This document shows positions 25,331 to 34,407 of a DNA stretch of 64,000 bases, in pieces. This DNA comes from Bdellovibrionales bacterium (GTDB lineage: Bacteria; Bdellovibrionota; Bdellovibrionia; Bdellovibrionales; JAGQZY01). The stretch spans positions 576,001-640,000 of the forward strand of contig CAXRHT010000003.1 of the NCBI GenBank assembly GCA_964230645.1, written 5' to 3'. The first letter of the stretch is position 1. Every line of letters begins with the position of its first letter. Position numbers and translations under genes: made by a program. The notes under the pieces are model-generated. The model was not told the origin of the DNA, searched no databases, and worked only from the letters and a program-made list of their open reading frames with translations.

Positions 25331-27340
25331 ATGGGAGAGGACGGATTCTCTCTTAAAAAGCATATGTACAAAAGTCGAGTCATCTTTGTTTTTCTTTTCG
25401 TCGTTGCCTTGTGGGGAGCCTTAATTTTTAGAGGCGCTTATTTGCAGCTTGTTCCAAGTCCTCAGTTTGAAGCTATTAAGGAACGCCAGTTCAACCGTAT
25501 GGTTAAGCTTGATTCCAGAAGAGGTGATATTCTCGATCGTGATGGCAGAGCCCTTGCGGTTTCAGTGACCTCCTACTCTCTTTTTGCCGATCCAAAAATC
25601 TTAAAAGATCCTTATGCTGCGGCAAAAAAACTCTCTCGCCATTTCCGTGTCTCGTTTCGCTCTATATATAATAAGATAAAAAATAAAAATCGACGTTTCA
25701 TTTGGTTGAAAAGAAAGCTCGACCGAGAGGACTATGAAAAAATAAAAGCTTGGGGTATTCGGGGTCTAGCATTCAAAGAAGAATTTAAAAGGATTTATCC
25801 CAATAAAACTTTAGCCTCCTCTGTTCTGGGTTTTGTAGGGCGAGAACAGCAAGGACTCTCTGGACTTGAGAAAAAATTTGAAGGGGTTCTCACGGGCTCA
25901 GGGCGCAAAGTTCAGGTGCAAAGGGATGCCAGAGGTCGCGTTCTCATCGAAGACGGACGTTTTTTTGCGAGAAGTCCTGAGGGCTCGGACATTCATTTAA
26001 CTATCGATAAAGATCTACAGTTTTGGGTGGAGTCTCAACTTCAAAAAGCGGTTAAAGAAAATGAAGCCGAAGCGGCTTGGGCTGTGGTTCTCAATCCGGC
26101 GAACTCGGAAATTTTAGCGATGTCGAGTTTTCCAAGTTTTGACTCCAATCGTCCTCTTAAAGCTTCCTCGAGCGCGCGGCGAAATAAAGCCATTCACGAC
26201 ATTTATGAAACGGGCAGTGTGATGAAGGCTTTCACCGTCGGCGGAGCCTTGAATAGAGGAATTGTTCATCCCAACACGCGAATTGATACCGAAGACGGAA
26301 TTTTTAAAATAGGTAATCGCACCATCAAAGAGGCCGATAAGAATCACTATTTTAAAGAGCTCACTGTCAGTGAAATCATCGCCTATTCCTCCAATGTGGG
26401 GACCTCAAAAATTGCCCTTCAGATGGGAGCTGAAACTCTGCATGAATCTCTCCTTGATTTTGGCTTTGGCCAAGAAACCGGCGTCGGTCTTCCCGGCGAG
26501 GCCAGGGGACTTCTTCATAAGCCACCCTGGCGGGATCATTTATTAGCCAACATTTCTTTCGGACACGGAGTGGCTGTCACAGCACTACAAGTGGCCAATG
26601 CTTACGCTGCGATCGCCAATGGAGGAGAGCTGAATCGTCCTTATATAATTAAAGAAATTAGAGATGTGGAAAATGGTGAGGTTGTAGAGACTCCTAAAAA
26701 GACAATTCGAAGAGTTTTGAGTAAAAAGAACGCCAACCTTATGAAAATGATGCTCTCCTCGGTCGTGGCCGAAGGGGGCTCGGGTTACAAGGCTCGAATT
26801 CACGGTTATCCCGTCGCCGGGAAAACTGGAACTGCCCAAAAAGTGGATCCTAACGGACGGGGTTACCTCAGAGGACACTATATCTCTAATTTTGCAGGCT
26901 TTGTCCCTGCCAATGACCCTCGTTATGTCATTTACGTAGCTGTTGATAGTCCAAAGAAAAAAGGCTTCTATGCTTCCACCGTGGCGGCTCCCGTTTTTAG
27001 AAGTATTGCCGAGTACGCTCTTAGAAGAGAAGGTAAGGCTCCGGTTTATCTCTCAGATCAAGAGTTGGTAAAACAACACACGGTGAATGCAGAGGAAACT
27101 GAGGCCCAAGTGCTTGAGGTCACTTTGGATGAAGTTTCTGAAAAACTCTCTCCACTGGAAAAGATGCCGGATCTCAAAGGCCTAACCTTTAAAGAGGTGA
27201 TCAAAACCCTAAATGGTTATGATGTGGATGTGAGAATGAGTGGAGAAGGTCGAGTCTATTCGACAAGCCCTGCCCCTGGCCAAAAAGTCTCCCGCCGAAT
27301 TCGCGTCCGTCTCAAAGAAAATAAAGTGGCAACAGAATAA
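25331..27340 (+). CDS. ftsI: Peptidoglycan transpeptidase FtsI (PBP3) with C-terminal PASTA
   Basis: RGDILDRDG, GLSGLE, LTID, ETGSVMK (SxxK), SSN, GKTGT; PASTA-like MPDLKGL. The true start may be the ATG at 25364. Confidence 0.96.
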   Translation: MGEDGFSLKKHMYKSRVIFVFLFVVALWGALIFRGAYLQLVPSPQFEAIKERQFNRMVKLDSRRGDILDRDGRALAVSVTSYSLFADPKILKDPYAAAKKLSRHFRVSFRSIYNKIKNKNRRFIWLKRKLDREDYEKIKAWGIRGLAFKEEFKRIYPNKTLASSVLGFVGREQQGLSGLEKKFEGVLTGSGRKVQVQRDARGRVLIEDGRFFARSPEGSDIHLTIDKDLQFWVESQLQKAVKENEAEAAWAVVLNPANSEILAMSSFPSFDSNRPLKASSSARRNKAIHDIYETGSVMKAFTVGGALNRGIVHPNTRIDTEDGIFKIGNRTIKEADKNHYFKELTVSEIIAYSSNVGTSKIALQMGAETLHESLLDFGFGQETGVGLPGEARGLLHKPPWRDHLLANISFGHGVAVTALQVANAYAAIANGGELNRPYIIKEIRDVENGEVVETPKKTIRRVLSKKNANLMKMMLSSVVAEGGSGYKARIHGYPVAGKTGTAQKVDPNGRGYLRGHYISNFAGFVPANDPRYVIYVAVDSPKKKGFYASTVAAPVFRSIAEYALRREGKAPVYLSDQELVKQHTVNAEETEAQVLEVTLDEVSEKLSPLEKMPDLKGLTFKEVIKTLNGYDVDVRMSGEGRVYSTSPAPGQKVSRRIRVRLKENKVATE

Positions 27341-27357
27341 ATTGGTAACAGATTTTA

Positions 27358-28038
27358 TCAATGCACAAGAGGGTGCTTCCGAATCTGCTCACATTGCCAA
27401 TCGGTAAGAAAAGTGCCTCGATCAGAGGCTTTGTTGGCGAGTAGGTTTTGGGGAAAGCCTTCATTGTGGGGGGCATTCGTAAGAATGTGAGTGATTTCAT
27501 GGGCCAAAATTATATCAAGAGCTAGAGGAGTATTTTTTAGGGTCTCCATGGCTCGGTGTTCAATAAATAGTGAATTTAAAGTGAGATGCTCAAACTCATG
27601 ATCTCGACTCCAATAGGCGGCATTGGCGTAACCGGTTCCATCCGAATAGTAGCAATCCAATGAATCAGTAAAGATCGCCACAGGACGGCCGATCCCCCGA
27701 GGGAGAGCTTCAATAACGCGGTAATCATTTTCACAAGAAAGATTCTCAAATGAAGAATCTGACATTTGTAAAGCCGAGACAAGTTCCAGTTCCACATTGC
27801 AGTTCCTAGAGAAAACATCCTGTGCCACAGAAACGAATTTCAAAATCTCACGTTCACGCCAGGAACTCTGACTGTTCACAACAATAGAAAGTGGTAAGGT
27901 AAGCTTTTCGTTCTTATCAGCAACTCCGTCAATTCCAAAAGACAGACGAGATAGACCTCCAAGAACAAAAACGAAAAGGAGCCTTGCTAAAGGGTTCCAA
28001 AAAAATGGCCTTTTGGAGGAATTCTGATTCATAGCCAC
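27358..28038 (-). CDS. Exported zinc metallopeptidase-like protein
   Basis: Signal-like N-terminus; ILAHEITHILTNAPH (HExxH...H) followed by NLL and LT..QC..IR, a metzincin-like ending. Confidence 0.6.
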   Translation of the reverse strand: MAMNQNSSKRPFFWNPLARLLFVFVLGGLSRLSFGIDGVADKNEKLTLPLSIVVNSQSSWREREILKFVSVAQDVFSRNCNVELELVSALQMSDSSFENLSCENDYRVIEALPRGIGRPVAIFTDSLDCYYSDGTGYANAAYWSRDHEFEHLTLNSLFIEHRAMETLKNTPLALDIILAHEITHILTNAPHNEGFPQNLLANKASDRGTFLTDWQCEQIRKHPLVH

Positions 28039-28231
28039 AGATTAATAGAGGGGAGGTTTTAAATCTAGAAAGCCTGAAAAATGTTTAAAAAGCGGCAACT
28101 AAAGTGACCAAAAACCAGTCACCCCAATGCCGCGCCACTCCACCCCAGGGTACCTGCTTCCCGTTGGTAGCAATGCTGCGTTACTAAGGGGGCGCGCTAT
28201 CGGAACCCTCGCGAAGCAGGTACGATAGGTT

Positions 28232-29728
28232 ATGACTCTAAAGGCCTTGTTAAATACCCATGGAAAAATGGACTGGAGGGATCAGGATCCTAATTTTTCT
28301 CCCCAATCCCTCGTCATAGATAGTCGGGAGATTGAAACTGGATCTGTATTTGTCGCCCTTAAAGGCACTCAGGTGGATGGGCACGATTTTCTAAAAAAAG
28401 CCGCAGAGCTGGGGGCCGCTGCCCTGGTAGTGGAGAGCCTTTCTAACGTTCCCAAAAATTTCAAAGGTGCAGTCTTACAGGTACTTGATACAAGGCTCGT
28501 GCTTCCGCTGTTTGCGCAAAGGTTTTTTGAAAATCCGGGTGACTCGCTGATTTCCCTTGCTGTCACAGGGACCAACGGTAAAACCAGTGTGACCTATATC
28601 GTTGAGCACTTACTCAATGGGCAAAAAAAGAATTGCGGAGTTATCGGTACAATCGATCATCATCTTGGGGAGAAAAGATGGCAGACAAATCTCACCTCTC
28701 CTGATCCGGTCACATTGAATAAAAGGCTGCACGAATTTTTAGATCAAGGGGCCCAAAGTTTTATCATTGAGGCTTCCAGTCACGCTTTAAAACAAAATAG
28801 AGTGGCACAAAGTTTTAACGGGGTTATTTTCACGAATCTCAGTCGCGATCATTTGGATTATCATCCCGATATGGAAGACTACTTTTCCAGTAAGGCAAAG
28901 CTTTTTTCAAGAGAGCTCCTAAAGGAGGGAAGTGATAATTTCGCTTTGATCAATAGCGATGATGAATACGGAAAAAAGTTGGTGGAGCTAACTGAGGGCC
29001 GAGTCATTTATCGTTATGGTCAAACTGAGGCGGATCTACTTATTTCTAATATCGATGATAAGCTTGGTGGAACGAGCTTTGATTTAAATCTTCCTCCCAA
29101 TCAAAGTGTAAAAATAAAATCTCCTCTTATTGGAGTCCACAATGTTTACAATGTGGTGGCAGCACTTGGAGTGATTCATGCGCTTGGGCTTAATATGCAA
29201 AAAGCGGTAAAAGATTTAGAAAGCTTCCCTGGAATACCGGGAAGACTTCAAGGGGTTCAGTCGCAATCAGGAGTTTTTGGTTTCGTGGACTATGCCCACA
29301 CGCCAGATGCCCTAGAAAAGGTTTTAATAAGCCTCAAGAAATTAAAAAAAGAAACCAGTCGATTGATTTGCGTCTTCGGTTGTGGGGGAGATCGTGACCG
29401 CGGTAAAAGAGCCCTTATGGGCGAGGTCTCAAAAAAACACAGCGATCTTTCTGTGGTGACCTCGGATAACCCGCGTACCGAAGATCCCGAGAAAATCGTG
29501 GCGGAAATCATGACCGCTTTTAAACTTGATTCCCCTCCGGCCGAAGGGGGGCTACCTCACGTAGTGACCGAGGTGGGTCGAGAGAAAGCCATTAAGCTGG
29601 CTTGTTTTCAAGCCAAACCGGGGGATGTGGTCTTGATTGCAGGTAAAGGACATGAGAATTATCAAATAACAGGTACGGAAAAAAAAGATTTCGACGATTT
29701 TAAACTGTTACAAAAATATTTAAGGTAA
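28232..29728 (+). CDS. murE: UDP-MurNAc-dipeptide--DAP ligase MurE
   Basis: VTGTNGKTS, EASSH, TNLSRDHLDYH, DYAHTPD, GCGGDRD, DNPR (DAP-specific), AGKGHE. Confidence 0.97.
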   Translation: MTLKALLNTHGKMDWRDQDPNFSPQSLVIDSREIETGSVFVALKGTQVDGHDFLKKAAELGAAALVVESLSNVPKNFKGAVLQVLDTRLVLPLFAQRFFENPGDSLISLAVTGTNGKTSVTYIVEHLLNGQKKNCGVIGTIDHHLGEKRWQTNLTSPDPVTLNKRLHEFLDQGAQSFIIEASSHALKQNRVAQSFNGVIFTNLSRDHLDYHPDMEDYFSSKAKLFSRELLKEGSDNFALINSDDEYGKKLVELTEGRVIYRYGQTEADLLISNIDDKLGGTSFDLNLPPNQSVKIKSPLIGVHNVYNVVAALGVIHALGLNMQKAVKDLESFPGIPGRLQGVQSQSGVFGFVDYAHTPDALEKVLISLKKLKKETSRLICVFGCGGDRDRGKRALMGEVSKKHSDLSVVTSDNPRTEDPEKIVAEIMTAFKLDSPPAEGGLPHVVTEVGREKAIKLACFQAKPGDVVLIAGKGHENYQITGTEKKDFDDFKLLQKYLR

Positions 29729-29732
29729 AAAA

Positions 29733-31142
29733 ATGTTTGAATTAGATTTCATCAAAGAGGCAACCAGTGGGAGCCTTGTCAGTTCTCCTGAAAAAACTTT
29801 TACGGGATACTCCACAGATAATCGAGATGCCAATATCAAGGGCACACTTTTTATCCCCCTTGTGGGCGAGCAGCACGATGCCCATAAATTTGTGGAAAAA
29901 GCTTTAGAAAATGGAGCAGCCGGCGCCCTAGTTCATCAATGGGATGAGTCTTGGGATAAATTCAAAGACTCTAAAAGTTTTATTCAAGTGGAAGACACTC
30001 TGAAAGCTCTCCAACTTTTTGCTAAGGCCTGGCGTAAAGAGCTAAAAGGTCAGGTTCTCGCCTTAACAGGAAGCAATGGTAAAACCACGACCAAAGATTT
30101 CCTGGGACAAATTTTTTCTAACTTTGGACCCACCACGGTGAGCCAGGGGAGTTTCAATAACCATTGGGGTGTTCCTTTTACCTTGTTGAATACGAAAAAA
30201 GAGGATCAGTTTTGCGTACTAGAAATGGGCATGAATCATGCTGGTGAGCTCATTCAACTTGTAGGAATCGGGGATCCTGATTTCGTAGGAGTGATCAATG
30301 TTGGTAACGCCCATATCGGTCATTTTGAAAATGGCATCGAGGGTGTCGCAAGAGCAAAAGAGGAAATATACGAAGCCGCTAGTCCTAGAGCTCAAAGAAT
30401 TTTCAATGTCGACAACCCTTGGACGCGAGAGATGTACAAAAAGTACAGTGAGTACCCTTGTTACACTTATAGCTTAGAGAACTTCTCCGCTGACGTTTAT
30501 TTTCGGATCAAAGAAAAAAGACCCAAAGGTTTTCTCATTGAAGGTCAAATCGGGGGAGTTCTTGGAAAGTCTGAGGTTTCTTTTTTTGGAGAGCATAATA
30601 TATCCAATCTAGCCGCCGCTGTAACCTTTGCTTATATGGCTGGCTGTCGACCGGAAAAACTTTGGCCTCTTTTGCCTCAATGCCATACTGGCTGGGGAAG
30701 AAATCAATGGGTAGAATTAAAGAACGGAGCGGAACTCCTTTTTGATGGATACAATGCCAACCCCGACAGTTTCAGACAACTGCTCGAAAACAGCAAAGAA
30801 GCCATAGCAAATTCATCCAATGCTGTAGCCATTTTCGGTGAGATGTTGGAGCTTGGAAATAAGACTGAGGAAGAGCACTATATTCTTGGAAAAGAAGCGG
30901 GAAAGCTCCCTTTCAAACAATGCCTCTTCATTGGTCCATCAGCCCCCGCCTTTAAAAAGGGTTGGGAGTCTGAGAGAAATGATAATAGCTTAAAGATTTC
31001 AGTCACTTATAAAGAATCTCTTGATATTGATCTCGAAACTGTGGTAGATAAGGACTCACTCGTAATTGTGAAGGGATCAAGAGGTGGAGCCTTGGAGAGA
31101 GTCGTTAAGCGATTGGATCCGGTTCAGTTTTCACCAAAATAA
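29733..31142 (+). CDS. murF: UDP-MurNAc-tripeptide--D-Ala-D-Ala ligase MurF
   Basis: TGSNGKTTTK, NNHWGVP, EMGMNH.GE, D.YNANP, GEMLELG, KGSRG. Confidence 0.97.
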   Translation: MFELDFIKEATSGSLVSSPEKTFTGYSTDNRDANIKGTLFIPLVGEQHDAHKFVEKALENGAAGALVHQWDESWDKFKDSKSFIQVEDTLKALQLFAKAWRKELKGQVLALTGSNGKTTTKDFLGQIFSNFGPTTVSQGSFNNHWGVPFTLLNTKKEDQFCVLEMGMNHAGELIQLVGIGDPDFVGVINVGNAHIGHFENGIEGVARAKEEIYEAASPRAQRIFNVDNPWTREMYKKYSEYPCYTYSLENFSADVYFRIKEKRPKGFLIEGQIGGVLGKSEVSFFGEHNISNLAAAVTFAYMAGCRPEKLWPLLPQCHTGWGRNQWVELKNGAELLFDGYNANPDSFRQLLENSKEAIANSSNAVAIFGEMLELGNKTEEEHYILGKEAGKLPFKQCLFIGPSAPAFKKGWESERNDNSLKISVTYKESLDIDLETVVDKDSLVIVKGSRGGALERVVKRLDPVQFSPK

Positions 31143-31145
31143 AAT

Positions 31146-32225
31146 ATGCTTTATCAGTGGTTACATCAGTTTTCAGACCAGTACTCAGCACTCAATGTTT
31201 TTCGATACATCACTGTTCGAACGTTTATCTCTTTTTTCACGGCTTTTTTTGTTTGTTATCTGGTTGGTCCCACCTATATCCGTCGCTTAAAACTAAAACA
31301 AGGTAAGTTGTCCAATGTGCGCGAGGACACTCCTGAACGCCACCAATTAAAGGCGGGAACTCCTACGATGGGTGGGGGCTTGATTTTACTCTCGCTCATT
31401 GTTCCCTTTTTTCTGTGGATGGATATCTCAAACCCACTAGTGATTTCGGCCATGGTGACCACTCTTGGTTTTTCTATGATCGGGTACTTGGATGATCACA
31501 ATAAAGTGATAAAGAAAAACAGTAAGGGGGTCTCTGGAAAAATCAGACTCCTTGCCGAGTTTCTAGTTTCCGGTATCGTCCTTTATTTTTTAATTCAAAA
31601 TGATCATTTGTCTACACGGCTCACCATGCCTTTTTTTAAAGACATCACTTTTGATTTTGGAATTTTTTATGTTTTCTTTGGCAGTCTGGTGATTGTAGGC
31701 ACAGCCAATGCCGTGAATCTCACCGACGGTCTTGATGGTCTAGCGATTGGACCGGTTATTATATGTGCAGCCACCTTTAGCATTTTTGCATACGTGGCGG
31801 GACACTTCGAAATAGCCAATTATTTAGGAATCCCATTTATTAGTGGTGCCAGTGAACTGGCGCCAGTGGCCGCGACAGTGGTCGCTGCTGGAATGGGTTT
31901 CCTATGGTTTAACACCTATCCGGCGCAAGTTTTTATGGGCGACCTTGGCTCATTAGGACTTGGTGGTTTTCTTGGAACCATGGCGGTGTTAACCAAAAAT
32001 GAATTGGTTATGATTTTATTGGGAGGAGTTTTTGTAGTGGAAGCCTTGTCGGTTATCACGCAAGTGGCCTCTTTTAAATTAACAGGGAAAAGAATTTTTA
32101 AAATGGCACCAATCCATCACCACTATGAATTAAACGGCCTAGATGAAACAAAAATCATTGTGCGTTTTTGGATCGTATCCATTTTGTTAGCTGTATTAAG
32201 TTTAAGTACATTAAAGTTGAGGTAA
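31146..32225 (+). CDS. mraY: Phospho-MurNAc-pentapeptide transferase MraY
   Basis: [36 protein letters not shown]. Confidence 0.98.
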   Translation: MLYQWLHQFSDQYSALNVFRYITVRTFISFFTAFFVCYLVGPTYIRRLKLKQGKLSNVREDTPERHQLKAGTPTMGGGLILLSLIVPFFLWMDISNPLVISAMVTTLGFSMIGYLDDHNKVIKKNSKGVSGKIRLLAEFLVSGIVLYFLIQNDHLSTRLTMPFFKDITFDFGIFYVFFGSLVIVGTANAVNLTDGLDGLAIGPVIICAATFSIFAYVAGHFEIANYLGIPFISGASELAPVAATVVAAGMGFLWFNTYPAQVFMGDLGSLGLGGFLGTMAVLTKNELVMILLGGVFVVEALSVITQVASFKLTGKRIFKMAPIHHHYELNGLDETKIIVRFWIVSILLAVLSLSTLKLR

Positions 32226-32231
32226 TAAAGT

Positions 32232-33620
32232 ATGTTTTCAGATACTTCAGAGTTGAAAGATCGTAAAATTATGGTTGTTGGCCTGGGGAGAACGGGTGTT
32301 TCTCTTTGTCGTTTTTTATCCGACCATGGAGCCAAAGTCACAGTGACGGACCACAAGTCTCGCGCTGAGCTTTCCGAAGCCCTAGAGCAAATGGAAGGTG
32401 TCCCCGTCGAATACGATCTTGGAGGTCACACCCCTAAGAAATTTCTTGAACAAGAGCTCATTATTTTAAGTCCGGGTGTTTCACCCTATCTTAAGATTTT
32501 CGAGTACGCTCGGAACCATAATGTTAAGGTAACCGGAGAGTTTGAATTCTCCTCATGGTTTATTAAAGAGCCCATTATTTCCATTACTGGAACCAACGGA
32601 AAGACCACCACTACTTTTCTAATCTATAAAATGTTAAAAGAGTCTGGTGTCGATGTATGGGTTGGAGGCAACTACGGTCAACCACTCGTGGATTACCTAC
32701 GCACAGAAAATAAAGCCAGCGTTCTTGTCCTCGAAGTTTCAAGCTTTCAACTTGAGCACTGTGAAAGATTCACTCCTCAAAATATTGTATTCACCAATTT
32801 GGCTGAAGATCACCAAGATCGTTACAAATCCATGGAAGATTACGTGAATGCCAAAAGAAGAATCTTTTTAAACACCAATCAGGCGACCACTAGCATTCTT
32901 AATGCTGATGACAACGCTGTTATTGAATTAGCTCGAGACCCGGCCGTTCAGCGTGGACGTATTTTTTACTTCTCCTGCAAAAAGGCCCTTGAACCACAAA
33001 TCATGAATATCGGTGGTGTGGTTAGCATGAATCGTGATTTAAAAGTGCGCACAGGACCTGAGATCGAACATTTTTCAATGGCAAAAAGCAAAGCACGTGG
33101 TCAACATATGATTGAAAACTTTATGGCAGCACTTTTGGCCTCTCGTGAACATGGAGCCACTTCTGAGGCCATTCAAAAAGTGATCGATGAATTTCGCGGT
33201 ATTCCCCATCGTCTAGAGTACATTCGTCGTGTGGGTGGGGTAGAGTTTTTCAACGACTCCAAAGCCACTAACGTCCATGCCGTAAAAAAAGCATTGGACT
33301 CTTTTGGGGAAAACGTGATTCTGGTTATGGGTGGAAAAGACACAGGCCTTAATTACGAGCCTATTTTTGATCATGTAAAAAGAAAGGTGAAGTCATTGAT
33401 ACTTTTCGGCGAAGCCAAAGAGCGTATCAATAGAGATATTGGAGATGCGGCAGAAACTTTCCTTATCGGCACTTTTGAAGAAGCTATTTTGATCGCTTAT
33501 CAAAAATCTCGAATTGGAGATATTGTGTTAATGTCTCCGGGATGTTCAAGTTTTGACATCTTTGATAGTTACATCGAGCGTGGTAACTACTTTAAAGAAA
33601 TTGTAAAGAATTTCTCCTAA
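32232..33620 (+). CDS. murD: UDP-MurNAc-L-Ala--D-Glu ligase MurD
   Basis: GLGRTG, SPG, ITGTNGKTTT, EVSSFQL, NDSKATN, SPGCSSFD. Confidence 0.97.
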   Translation: MFSDTSELKDRKIMVVGLGRTGVSLCRFLSDHGAKVTVTDHKSRAELSEALEQMEGVPVEYDLGGHTPKKFLEQELIILSPGVSPYLKIFEYARNHNVKVTGEFEFSSWFIKEPIISITGTNGKTTTTFLIYKMLKESGVDVWVGGNYGQPLVDYLRTENKASVLVLEVSSFQLEHCERFTPQNIVFTNLAEDHQDRYKSMEDYVNAKRRIFLNTNQATTSILNADDNAVIELARDPAVQRGRIFYFSCKKALEPQIMNIGGVVSMNRDLKVRTGPEIEHFSMAKSKARGQHMIENFMAALLASREHGATSEAIQKVIDEFRGIPHRLEYIRRVGGVEFFNDSKATNVHAVKKALDSFGENVILVMGGKDTGLNYEPIFDHVKRKVKSLILFGEAKERINRDIGDAAETFLIGTFEEAILIAYQKSRIGDIVLMSPGCSSFDIFDSYIERGNYFKEIVKNFS

Positions 33621-33627
33621 ATTTTTC

Positions 33628-33657
33628 AAACCCTGAAGATTAGACGCTTCGGGGTTT
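33628..33657 (+). terminator. Terminator-like hairpin after murD
   Basis: AAACCCTGAAG / CTTCGGGGTTT stem (one G-U pair). Confidence 0.6.
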
Positions 33658-33785
33658 ACAATAGTCTCGTCTCGTAGCTAGTCTAAAGTACGAGTATTTA
33701 CCTTTGTGTTTTTGAGTTCAGATAGAAATCACTGTTCCACTGTGTTTATAATAGACAAGTTCGTAGCAATATTATTACATAAAGT

Positions 33786-34403
33786 GTGATGAATAAATTG
33801 ATTAAAGTATTTTCAAATTCCAAAGGGATGAGCTTTGTTGAAATGTTAGTGGTCGTAGCGATCATCGCTATTTTGGCGCTCATAGCTGTGCCACAATTTG
33901 AGCGCTACCAAGCCAGAGCGAGACAGGCTGAGGGGATTAATATGCTCACAGGTTTTTACCAGGCGGCTACGACAGCAAGGGCTGAATTTGGTCGTTATCC
34001 TGGTAATATGGTTCAGACCGGTTGGGCCCCCGAGGGACGAATCAATTATCGTTTTCACAATAATAACAATCCTAGTATGCCAGCTTCAACCCGAACTTTC
34101 GACTTCGCCTGCCAAGGCACGGCTCATCCCTGTAACTGTGCTGGAGGAGGTTCTCAACCCTGTCCCAATTTTAAAACTTGGACAGAAAATTTAGTCCCCG
34201 TAGCAGGAGACGAAATTGGTGCAACGACTATTAATCCCTTCCACAGTAGCGCCTGTGGTTCTCTACCTTCGACTACAGTTTCTAGTGACAATCGCTTCTC
34301 AGCTCGAGTGGCAGGGCGGATAATGGCAGGAGCCCCTCGCGATGCCTGGGGTATTGATGAAATGCGCACTCTGCAAAATTGCAGTGATGGTACTCTACGC
34401 TAA
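33786..34403 (+). CDS. Type IVa pilin-like protein
   Basis: Class III signal KG|MSFVEMLVVVAIIAILALIAVPQF, then YQARARQAE; Cys-rich variable domain. Confidence 0.9.
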   Translation: MMNKLIKVFSNSKGMSFVEMLVVVAIIAILALIAVPQFERYQARARQAEGINMLTGFYQAATTARAEFGRYPGNMVQTGWAPEGRINYRFHNNNNPSMPASTRTFDFACQGTAHPCNCAGGGSQPCPNFKTWTENLVPVAGDEIGATTINPFHSSACGSLPSTTVSSDNRFSARVAGRIMAGAPRDAWGIDEMRTLQNCSDGTLR

Positions 34404-34407
34404 TTAT

